From the NCBI GenBank assembly GCA_050230475.1, contig JBFLGF010000118.1, positions 1 to 64,000 of the forward strand: DNA of 64,000 nucleotides, in the 5' to 3' direction. Origin of the DNA: Ancylonema sp. Taxonomy: Eukaryota. Under the pieces are notes generated by a model. That model worked only from the letters and a program-made list of their open reading frames with translations. It did no database searches and was not told the DNA's origin. Below are positions 13,100 through 23,683 of the stretch, piece by piece. Every line of letters starts with the position of its first letter. Positions within the stretch are counted from its first letter, which is position 1. Position numbers and translations under genes: made by a program.

Positions 13100-13666
13100 C
13101 TATCCCAGATTGTAGGCAAGGAGGTCAGGAATGCTAATGGACGGCATCTTCAAGTCGCGAAAGAGGGACTCAGGAGTGACTTTCGTTGAGCGAGTCGGTA
13201 CATCCTCATCTTCATCACACTCTTCACTCCAACCCCGGGCTTTGTACAAAGCCCCGGGCATTGTTAGCTTTTTTGTTTGTTTTGCCGCCGCCACTAGGAC
13301 GCTGTACGAAGTGTACCCCCCACTTGACCAAAACGTGTACAATCTGGCTGCAGACCTTTTCTCCCACAAAAAATACCGTTGGGGAACTAGATCTACGTGA
13401 CCAGAGCCTGAATCAGAGCTCTCTGGAGCTCTACCTCCGCTACTTTCGTACTCTATCATCATGCTTCGTAACGATACAAGTTTCTTGTGATCGTCATCAT
13501 CACGCACCGAGTTGGCAATTGTCGTTCGATGCACAAGGTCGTCGGCCGCCGGGGGAGAGAAATAACTTTCGGAGCTATGCACATCTTCAGAAGTCAACCT
13601 CGGAGTGACGAATGACACAGAAAGGCAGTCATGTCGGGAGGGTTCATACATAGAAGGAAGAACCAT
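13100..13666 (-). CDS. Intronless ORF of about 188 aa, unknown function
   Basis: Open frame with non-repetitive protein-like composition, divergent from the PHD gene; no motif recognised. Confidence 0.3.
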   Translation of the reverse strand: MVLPSMYEPSRHDCLSVSFVTPRLTSEDVHSSESYFSPPAADDLVHRTTIANSVRDDDDHKKLVSLRSMMIEYESSGGRAPESSDSGSGHVDLVPQRYFLWEKRSAARLYTFWSSGGYTSYSVLVAAAKQTKKLTMPGALYKARGWSEECDEDEDVPTRSTKVTPESLFRDLKMPSISIPDLLAYNLG

Positions 13667-14468
13667 CACCAAGGAGATTAAAGATATGACTCATGCCCCA
13701 ATTGCCGCGCTTGACCAAACCGCCATTCTAAGACCTCCATGTGATTTAGATTGATTCCTCCACACCATTCCCACCTCCGCCACATTGGGCCTAGAATCCC
13801 TGTCAACGAGCCTACGTACTAGCAATAATTATTAGAAGGAGCTCAAATCCATGGTCATAGAATCCATTAGAATCCATGGTCATTAGAATTGGTCAGAGGT
13901 GTGAAGACGAGCGAATAACCCGTTATTATGGTAATATGTGGAGAATAATCGCTTCAGGCCCACACATAATAAACGATGGTTGAAAAAAAAAACCGAGACT
14001 AACGAACGGAGAGAAACGCGGATAAAAGCTGGCGTGCAGAAGCCGTGGAAAGTCCACTGGTACGGCCGCTGGCGCATTTTCGCCCGGAGCGAGCGTCCTC
14101 GCCCGGACCGGACAGCCTACAACTGCGTAGACTTCCTACCCGCCCCGCCGCCCCAAATCTTGGACCGTGCCTGCGCTCATGCACTCAGGCGCTTGCCGAT
14201 CCCCCGAACTAGGAAGCAGATGGCCGGTCCTTCCGGGGGAGAAAATTCAGGGGAAATTTCAGCTATGGACTGACATTCCGTGGAGCTAAGGTTCCAAGTA
14301 ACACCTCTGGTGTTTCAAGAGGCTTCAATTATTTCCAAATTCAGGAAATTCGGCGTCAATTAGGCGCTTCAAGGTTGCTGAATAACGGCTTTATATCCTA
14401 ATAGTTTTGTAAGTCCGCTTTCCGGCGCTATCTTAAGTTCGTCCAACAAGCGAGTCTCGTAAAGCCTC

Positions 14469-17400
14469 ATGGAGTTTCATACGGCGTGTCCTCTGACATG
14501 GTGAGTTGTTCTAATTGCACGACCGTTCTTTTTTTCTTCGCGCTGTTCATTTTTTGTTACATAATGTGGTTTCCGCATTAACATTGACTTTTCAGTTCTG
14601 AGTCCTAGTGAAATCCCGACGTCTATATATTTTTTATGTCTAATGTTGTTCTTGTGTCTCTGCAGTTTGGCAGTATGCCGTTGCAGTCTTGGATCGTCAG
14701 CCTCGCCTCTGTTTCTTTCAGCAAAGCCGGCTGCCACCAAAGTCAGCTTCTGGGAGACTCCTTCTGCGCACCTTCGCTTTCTCACCGACTTCTGCTATAA
14801 TTCAAAAGCGCTTCTCTACGACTCCCCGACTTTGGAGGTTTTGGTACCCAAGCTGCAGGTGGAGCAACGTCGGATCAAACGTCCGGTGGCAGGTAACACT
14901 TTATTTCCTGATGGGGAAAAGGACCGAGCTCGAAGATTTGGGATGTGCACATATGAGGTGGAAGTTGGGACATTGGATTGACATATGGATTGAATCAGGG
15001 TCGTTCATTTCAGAGCAACCTCTTGGGACACTAGACATCGAGCTGAATGTTCGCTAGCTTTTCAGCTCTCTCTCTCTCTCGCACTCCCTCTCTCTCTCTC
15101 TCGCTCTCCCTCTCCGTCTCTCCCTCTCTCCCTCTCCCTCTCCCTCGCCCTCTCCCTCTCCCTGTCCCTCTCCCTCGCCCTCGCCCTCTCCCTCTCCTCG
15201 CCTTCTCCCTCTCCCTCTCCCTCTCCCTCTCCATCTCCCTCTTCCTCTTCCTCTCCCTCTCCCTCTCCCTCTCCCTCTCCCTCTCCCTCTCCCTCTCCCA
15301 CTCCCTCTCCCTCTCCTTTAATCACACATGGAGTCCCCAGGAAAAGGAATCATCTCACATCCCTAATGTCTAACCTGCTTCTGTCCGTTCAGCTACCAAG
15401 CCGCCGCCCGCTCCTCTCCGCCCTCCACCTGCTGCAGACGCGCCCCTTGTACCCCCGCCAGCAACCACTGCAAAGAGGACGCCACCTGGCAAGAAGCCAG
15501 CCTCTCGCCTAAAGCTGACACCTGTCCTCAAGGAGCCAGAAGTAGAGAAGGCCCTGGACCCTGCCCCCAAAGCCCCAAAAGCCCCAAAACCCCCGAAGGC
15601 CCTCAAAGCCCCCAAACTCATCAAGGCCCCCACCAATGAGGTTGCTGTCAAGGACAAGGATGTGCATCAGGAGGTGCCAGCTGGCGAAAAACAGGCTACA
15701 AAAGCGCTAGGTGGATTGCTACACGCTACAGAAGCGCCAGGTGGGCCAGCGAAGGCAGATGTGGTCAAGGTCCGTGAGGAGGTGCCAGCTGGCACTGGGG
15801 AGTCGGAGAAGCCAACCATCAAAATAAAGCTGAAAAAGTTGGCAGGGGCAGCCAAGGGGGGTGGGAAGGGGAGTGGCGGGGGGAGGGGGGTGGAGCAGAA
15901 TGAGGATTCTCTGCCTAAAGTTGCCAAAGTGGCAAAAGTGGCACAAGAGGCAAAGGTAGACCATGTGGCAAAAGTCGAGAAGGTGGTGGTGGCAGAACCC
16001 ACGAAAGCAGTGGTGAGATTGTGGTGCCGTGAGAGAGTACAAACGAGTGATCCAGGGTTGTTTGTAATGGGGACCCTAACGGTACACAACAATATGAGAG
16101 GAATTGTAGGATTGATCCACTCTACTTTAGTCTACCCCCCCAAGGTCACCTGGTAGACAGTATGAGAGGAACAATGGAAAGGGAGAATGAGGACAGAACG
16201 GATCAGATGTTGATTTGGGGGACGATACGATCGTAACCTTGTCCTTGAAAGGAATGTGGTTGCTGGAGGAGGGGGTGGTCGTTTCTTTCCATTGGGAGTG
16301 CGTATGCCCACACTTCTGACCGCGCTTATTTTTTTCTTTCCAGGAGGTTTCCTGTGGCCTGTGTGAGAGGGGGGAGGCAAAGGGAAGCGCGAACTCGCAT
16401 GGTCGCATGAAGAGCTGCCCCAAGTGCGAACGACGGTTCCATGCTTCCTGTTTTGCCACGTGGGCAGGGAACAGGGGTGAGGGAGGGAGGGAGGGGGGTG
16501 GATGGAAAGGGAGGAGGGGGTTGTAAGGGAGTTTTTGACGTTGGGGCTTGACGGAGCACGAGAAAGAACCTGGAGATGGAAGGCAAAGAGACCGAAATGG
16601 AGTATGAGCTCTGTTTTTTTATAGACTCGAGTGGCATGATCGTGAGGTGAACGAGGGGTGGGGTTGGGGTTTGCTGTCCTGTTCAGATGCCTTTGAGATG
16701 GACCACTGGGTGTGCGCCACCTGTCGCTCTTGCCAGAAGTGTGGCGATCCTGGATCGGACTCCTCCTCCTTGTTCTGCAAGCGATGCGACGTGATGATGC
16801 ACTGCCACTGCACACAGCCGCCACTCAAAGTAAGGAAGGAGGAGGGACAAGGAGGGAGGAGGGGGAGGTGGGGATGGATGAATGAAAGTGCCTGGGGGTG
16901 GGGTTGGGGTTGGGGTTGGTGAAGGTTCCGCCGAAGGGCCCCTTTCTGTGCAGCAGCCACACGCAGTGTCAGAGCTGTCTCAGTCTAGTGCCGGGGAGTG
17001 GGACGTCATCCAGGTAGCTATAACTTTTTATTTTTTATTTTTTATTTTTTATAATAAACATTATATAACAAAAATAACCCCTTAGACTGCTGTATCGTTA
17101 CAATCCCCTGTGTCCCTGTATCGAGGTCCTCAGGTGGTTCCTTTCCTACTCCCTCTGCGACGCCTGCGGCCGTCTGTTTGTGAAGCACAACTTCTGCCCC
17201 ATCTGCCTCAAGGTGTACCGCGACACGGAGCCCTCCCCCATGGTCTGCTGCGACTCATGCCAGAAGTGGGTGCACACCGCCTGCGATGACATCAGCGATG
17301 ACATGTACGAGCAGTTTCAGGTGGAGCACACCAGGGCCTACATGTGCGCAGCCTGCAGGGGGACGGCCTACAAGGTAGGAACGGGACACGTGGGAAGTGC

Positions 17401-19503
17401 ACTAGGAAGCCTGGCTCTCGACCTGGACCCGAATCTGAACCCTGGTCTGTGGTCTGTGGTCTGTGGTCTGTGGTGGGGCAGGTGAAGGATTTGACGGACG
17501 CGACGCGTGAGCTTTGGAAGAGGAGAGAGGAGAGGGAGGGGCGGCCACCCCTGAGGCCGGTACTGGAAGAAGAGCAGGAGGAGGAGGAGGGGGGGGAGGT
17601 GGGGAAGAGGTTGGAAGGGAAGGAGGAGGTTGAGGGGGGGGAGGGGAGGAAGGAGAAGACGAAAAAGAAGAAGATGAAGAAGAGGGGTCAGGTAGGGGAA
17701 GGTATGAGAGCAGGGCTGGAAGCTTCTGGGAAGACGCAGGAGGCTGCGGTGGGGGGGGAAGGGGCGAAAGGGGTGAAGAGAAAGAAGGGGGAGGTGGAGG
17801 TGGAGGAGGAGGGGGATGGGGAGGGGGGGGCGCTGGAGTTACAGAGGAAGGGACCTGGAAGGCCCAAAAAGGAAAGGAGGGAGAAAGGGGCGGAGGGGGA
17901 GAAGGAAGAAATGGTGAAGGGGAAGAGAGAGGATGGGGAGGGGGCGGTTGCAGTTCCGACTGAGGAAGGGGAAGAGAGAGTGGGAGGAGGGGGGGGTGGG
18001 GGTGGGGTTGGGATGAAGATGAAGATAAAGTCGTTGCTGCCCCTCGGGGTCGTTCAGAAGAAGAGGAGTGACAAGGGAGCGAGGAGGGGAGAGAAGAGAA
18101 GGGAGGACAGGGACGCAGAAGGGGAGGGGGTGGGGACAGAACAGGGGGGGGGGGGTGGCGGGGAGGTTCGTGTGGGAATCTTCGGGGGGAAAGGGAAGAG
18201 GAGCGTGAAGACGAAGGGGTTGAAAAGGAAGAGGGGAACAGAGGAAGGAGCAGCAAAGGGTGGGGGGGGGGAGGAGCCCAAGGGGGAAGGTGGGGGAAGT
18301 GGTCCAGCTGCAGGGGATGGGGAGGGGGAGGGTGGTGTGGGGGTGGAGGGAGACATGGAGGACAGTCCCGCGGACTTGAAGTACCCGGGAGCAAAGAGGG
18401 GGAGGAAGAAGAAGAGGGGGAGGGGGAGAACGGTGTGGGAGGGGGGGGCAGACATTGTTGGGCAAGTGGAGGGGGCGGTGGGGGGGGCAGAGGAGCAGGC
18501 GGAGGGTGGGGAGGCGGAGAGGGGGAGCCAGCCTGAGGGCCTCACAAAGGAAGTTGGAGGAGATGCGAGGAGTGGGGGAGAGGGAGATGGGGGGGAGGGA
18601 AGACGGGTGAGGAAGCCGAACATCCTTTTGAAAGACATGGACACCTCTGTGGGAAGAAGAGCGAAGCAGATATCGCGCGAGGTGATGGCGCTGTTCCAGG
18701 ATGTGAAGGACGGGGCACAGGCACAGGCAGAGGCAGGGGACGGGGCGGGGGAGGGGGGGTCACAGGGGGGATCCAATCCTTCTCGAGGAGAAGGGGAGAG
18801 GGGAGGCACCAGACAGGGGAGGAGGTTGGGTGGGGTGGGAGGGGGGGGGGGAGATGAGGTGGCCGAGGGGAGGGGGGTGGCAGTTACAGGGGCACGCTCC
18901 AAACAAAAGAAGGGGGGGAAGGAGGAGGAGGCGGTGGAAGGGGGGGGAGGGCAGGGGAGTCCGGCGAAGGACGCGTTGAGCCGTCTGGGACGGAAAGCGT
19001 TGAAGAAAAGGGTGGAAGTGTATTGGGAGGACGATGACAAGTGGTGAGAAGCACCGCCTCACTCAAAGCACTGTCGTGGATCTTGGGGGACGTGGAAAAG
19101 AGGGACGAGGGCCTTCAGTAGCCGGTCATAAACAATTTCCCAAAGTGGGCCATGGTTGGTCGATGACGATGGGAGAGATGGGACAACTTGTGATGAGGGT
19201 GGGAGGGTTGCGATGTATGATGGACATGCGTCTCTTCTCACAGTAGATGGCACCTATGGAGAGAGGAGAGATCGGAGTTGAGAGACACGTTAGATATGGC
19301 AAAGTAACGGTGGACATCTGATGGCTATGACTTGACTAATTTGGTAGGTGTGGTTCCTTCCTTTTGAATGCAGGTATACGGGCACGGTGGTCGATGTGGT
19401 ACCTTCGAAAAGTCGATATGTCGTTTTGTATGATGATGGGGAGCAAGAAGTGCTCAAATTTGGGCAAGAGAAAGTCAGGCTTCTACTCAGGGGAAGGCTC
19501 TGA
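14469..19503 (+). CDS. PHD-finger protein with C-terminal Tudor-like domain (Arabidopsis At3g08020-like); exons 14469-14500, 14666-14892, 15393-16012, 16344-16476, 16687-16829, 16925-17013, 17134-17374, 17482-19043, 19374-19503
   Basis: N-terminus MEFHTACPLTCLAVCRCSLG; tandem PHD fingers (FCKRCDVMMHCHCTQPP; CDACGRLFVKHNFCPICLKVYRD..MVCCDSCQKWVH); terminal KRVEVYWEDDDKWYTGTV...VLYDDGE; all splice phases compatible. Confidence 0.92.
15065..15317. repeat. (CT)n/(CTCTCC)n polypyrimidine repeat in intron 2 of the PHD gene
   Basis: Direct reading. Confidence 0.95.
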
Positions 19504-19738
19504 CGTTGTTCGGTTTAATCGCTAGCTGCCAGTTTTCCAAATGCCGCTCTGCATTGTTTTTTGGGCTTGTCGTGTTGCGTAAATACATAGGAAGGGGGAA
19601 AGGGGTTGAAATCCAGTCGACAACTATAGAGCTAGCTAGCTTTGTATGCGAGTTGCCAAACAAATGGAGTAGTTAGAAGTGTACATCAATTGTCCGACGC
19701 GTCTGAATTTAAAATTGTTTTATTGACCATTCAGAGTA

Positions 19739-20717
19739 CCGTAGTGGCCATACATAATGACCAAAAACGAATTAATTTGGGCAAGAAACCACCACTTGAC
19801 CCAACCCGCGCACCCAATATACAATTTTCCAAAATCCTGAAGACCATAGTTGCACCAATACGTGGCTGCCGTTTGCATACGGCCGTTTGCATACGGCCCA
19901 TACATGATCCTTGCCGTATGTAGTTTTCCCTACGGCTAGTTTTTTATATATAATTATAATTCTTGTGCTGAAAATTTTCGGTACACATTTTCCAATCCGA
20001 AAATTATGCTGAGTCAATTTTTTTAAAATTTTAATGGTTAATTATATCCATCCATTATATTTGAAGTTATTTTAACAAATCAATATATCTTCAATGTTCT
20101 GAGAAATGATGATAAATGAAATTTCTTATCTCAAACTCCGCCTCCTTTTCATTTCATATTCCATCTACTTTATTCCATTTTTATTATCCAGTGCTCTCTG
20201 CTTGGTGTGAGAGGAAATAAATCAATTTGGTTCAACATTAAATACGAATATTAAGTAAGTACCTATACTCGCCTTCAAGTATATATCCAAACCCCATACG
20301 AATAGCATGGTAGCATAGGTATATGAAAATGCCGATCTAAGAGACACAGTTCGCCGCTGACTCGTTGACATACGCCTACGCCTATACTTTTAATATAGGC
20401 ACAAAGCTTAGGTGTGCCACGTACGGTTACGGGTTGATCAGTTTTTGAACATCCATATCCGTGAAATTAAATTTTCAATATGAAAATTTTGCCCGAACGT
20501 ATGTAGTCGAATGGAAGCGCCACGTATGGCTGGCAAAAGTATGGCATACGGCGTATGTAGTTTTTTTGCCGTATGGGTGCAACTATGCTAAAGCTGATTA
20601 TTATTCGGTGACCCACATTATAGAATGACCTACTTTATTTGAAATTTGAGTTCTTTAATTTGACCCGACCCACCCTTTTCATAATTATTTGAGGGTCATT
20701 ATGTGTGGCCAGTACGG
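19739..20717. mobile_element. Tc1/mariner-type MITE (CCGTA ends) carrying a nested hAT-like element
   Basis: TIR ccgtagtggccatacataatgacc / ggtcattatgtgtggccagtacgg flanked by TA; partial inverted copy at ~7005-7098. Confidence 0.8.
19845..20587. mobile_element. hAT-like MITE (CATAGTTGCAC TIR), nested
   Basis: TIR catagttgcacc/ggtgcaactatg; catacg/cgtatg subterminal repeats; degenerate TSD ctgaagac/ctaaagct. Confidence 0.75.
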
Positions 20718-22139
20718 TAATTAAACTGCAAGCGTGCCATACCCATTGACGTTTGCTTTCAACTCACTCTTCCCCTCTCACACAATATTATACTACAAGC
20801 ATAACATATTTCACGCAATGATTGTGCTGTTGTGAACTTTTTTTCAAAGTCTTCTCTGTTGAGCAATGTATTTGCGATGCACACTTCACTTTTCTTTCAA
20901 ACGAATGATGTTCGATAAAATTCCGATCTGTAGTAGATAAGTAAGTTATGGTCTAAAGGTCATGAACATTCAACATGAAGTGTTTTCTATTAATGAACGT
21001 GATTTGCTCACACGGGCGTTGATGCGTGCTCCTATTGGTTGGGGCGTGGAGCACACCGGGTTGCGTTGCGCACGTTGGTCATCAATATGAACTCATGTCG
21101 TGTGGAAAGGCTACAACTCCCGTCCCCCCCTCCCAAAGTACCCGCGATGCACCTAGGAACATCTTTGCGGCGCGAATAACAGCTCCAACGAGATTTATTT
21201 AGACAAAGATTCCTCGCCCGTTTCGCTTAGGTTGGTGAAACGATTCCGGTTTGCCCCATCCGGTGTCCCCTCTTTTGTACAACTCAAAATGAATACGTGT
21301 ATAAGTTACAAATTAGTCGCACCGTATAGAATCGAGGGGAAATGTTCAACCATCTATCGCACGATGGCACCGATTGATTTGTAAGCATATTATTCATGGC
21401 GTTTCTGAGTTTGAACCGGATGTCCGGTTCCCAGCCCTTATTGAACCTTTCTCACACACACTTTAAATGAGCTCACTTGTTTGAATGACATCACTATCAG
21501 GCACATCCAACATACAAACGAGACGATAAGGGACTGGATGTTAGAGCCTTAATGACATCAAACAACTGGTGCAACGTTTGTGGGGCCATCCACACGTCCA
21601 AGTGATTGAATCGAACAAAAAACACTCTGCCGAACCTAGAAACATAATATACTTTGAGACTTTATGAGAGCCGTGGGTGGCACCGATCAAGCGCATGTCC
21701 AAGGCAACTACCCCAGAGGTCTCAACTCCGCAATGTGAAAAAGATACGAGGCGTTGGGTTGGTTAGGTGAGCAACCATAAAGCATCACTCCATCGCCTCT
21801 TTGCGTGACAACTACGAGGGTACCTTGTGTCATGTGGCTACAACATAAGTCTACAACATACAGATATACATGCTCACGGACATCATGTATTCGTGATACA
21901 TGTTCAAACGTGAGGTGTACATCACCTTGAATGTCATAACGCATTTATGCAGTTTGCACCTTGTCTCTTGAAGGAACCAAATGCATTTGTCACTGGTCAT
22001 TTTTAGGAGTTTCAAATAGGCACTACAGCTGGATCCCGGACGACCTTGTTCGGTGGATTGGTCCCGCATTTGTCGGTACACATGTCGTCCCGGACATGTT
22101 CGGAAAATTATCAGTCGACTGTATATTCTCGACTGTATA

Positions 22140-22570
22140 TTCTCTTTCAAATCGAGCTCTCAAAGCTCCAACACGAATTTTATAATTACACTCCTCTCCT
22201 CAACCTTCCACATCCCTTTCTCCTCCGACGCCGGATGAGTGTGTTAGAGTGGAAGGTCGGGTGGTGTTTTCGGCCAATGAAATTGCACCACGTCGTGCCA
22301 TGACGCGAAAGAAAGCAAATTAAACCTTGCAATGGCCTCGCCATATTTTCCCGATGAAATGTATAACAGTTTCAGCGTTTGAAAGTGACGTGGAGTCACC
22401 GACATGAACATGTGCAACAATATATTGTCCCCGCGTACGTTTTTGGGGAGGGAAAATATGTTATACCGCGGAAGGAGGAAACCCCTAAAAATCATCCGGT
22501 TCGCCCGGTTCCGAAACAGTTCCATCTCGGATCCGGTTCCCAAAAAAAAAAAACGGTTCGTGCAACTGTG
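22140..22570 (-). mobile_element. Truncated inverted copy of the 11945-12887 hAT MITE
   Basis: Reverse-complement similarity to ~11945-12390, ending ggttcgtgcaactgtg. Confidence 0.8.
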
Positions 22571-23683
22571 GGGTGGGGCATCTGGAATAGTTTTAGACGA
22601 ACTTCGGATCTTTTTGTCCAATATTCGGTTTTACGTCCAATCCCGTGTCTGATGACTTATCAACCAGCTATCGACAAAGACTTCAGCCCTGGTAATCAAT
22701 TAATAGATTGCCATGGTAATTGTATGCGTTATCGTGTACCCAGTTTTTTTTTCCAGTGCAATACATACACACATACCGTGTTCGGCAAAGACAACGATGC
22801 GTTGTCAAATGAAGTATCATGCTGATGAAAAAACATCACCGAAGATCTAGCATATAGTCTTAGGTGTTACAGGTGAGGTGAACAATTTTGAATTATGCGC
22901 TAACGCATTCTTCAGGAAGTCGAGCATGACTTGTACTACATCCACAAGTAGCGTACACTAATAAGTCCATTGATATTGAAGTTAAGGATGTTGTACTGTT
23001 GCAATAGTTTCATTTCGATGTCTGATCAACTTCCGGAACTATATGCACGCAATGCAATGTCCGTTTTCTCCTTGGAAGCACATGCCCACATATTGACGGT
23101 GAAACAACTTGCAACTTGCGAAAATAACTACCAATCACTAGGCCACATTTCCTTTCAACGTCTTTTGCTATCAACACAAATGGATACTCAATAACGAGCA
23201 CAAGCCACCCTCGTACGGTAAAGTGCATTGAGTCAAACGAGATTCCAAGTAATTTACACCAGTCCAAACATCTTACTAATGTTTGCTTGAGCAATGACGA
23301 AGCAAATATATATACAAAATGACAAAAAAAAAAAAAAAAACGTACCAATTTCAAAAATCCCACAACTATCCACCTTCGGGTAGTGTAGACATGTAGGGTT
23401 AGGACAAAGCAATCAATAAACCATCATCACGATCATTAAGTCTATATAAGCAAGCTGCTCGTTGAAGGCAAGCCACCACCCCGTCGCTTCCAAAAAGAAT
23501 ATAGGTTGAACAACATGAAACCGCAGGGGGCACGACGCGTGCGCTTTGAAGACCCACAATCTCATAATGTAGTTTCACCCTCCCAAACGATGCCTTCCCC
23601 CCTTCTCTCCCTCCGTCCTCTTTCTCCACTTTTTGCGTTTTCACTCCACCCCCCCCCCGTATCACTCTCGCCCCCATCGTCTG

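Noticed and set aside
15031..15373. ORFs of (ER)n/(GE)n/(LS)n
   Set aside because: Translations of the intronic CT-rich microsatellite
17402..19040. Long Pro/Ser-rich minus-strand ORFs (330, 328, 208 aa)
   Set aside because: Antisense shadows of the G-rich PHD exon 8
21161..21200. atctttgcg resembling the U4 snRNA 5' end
   Set aside because: Similarity stops after 9 nt; no downstream U4 features. No tRNA or rRNA gene was recognised anywhere in the window
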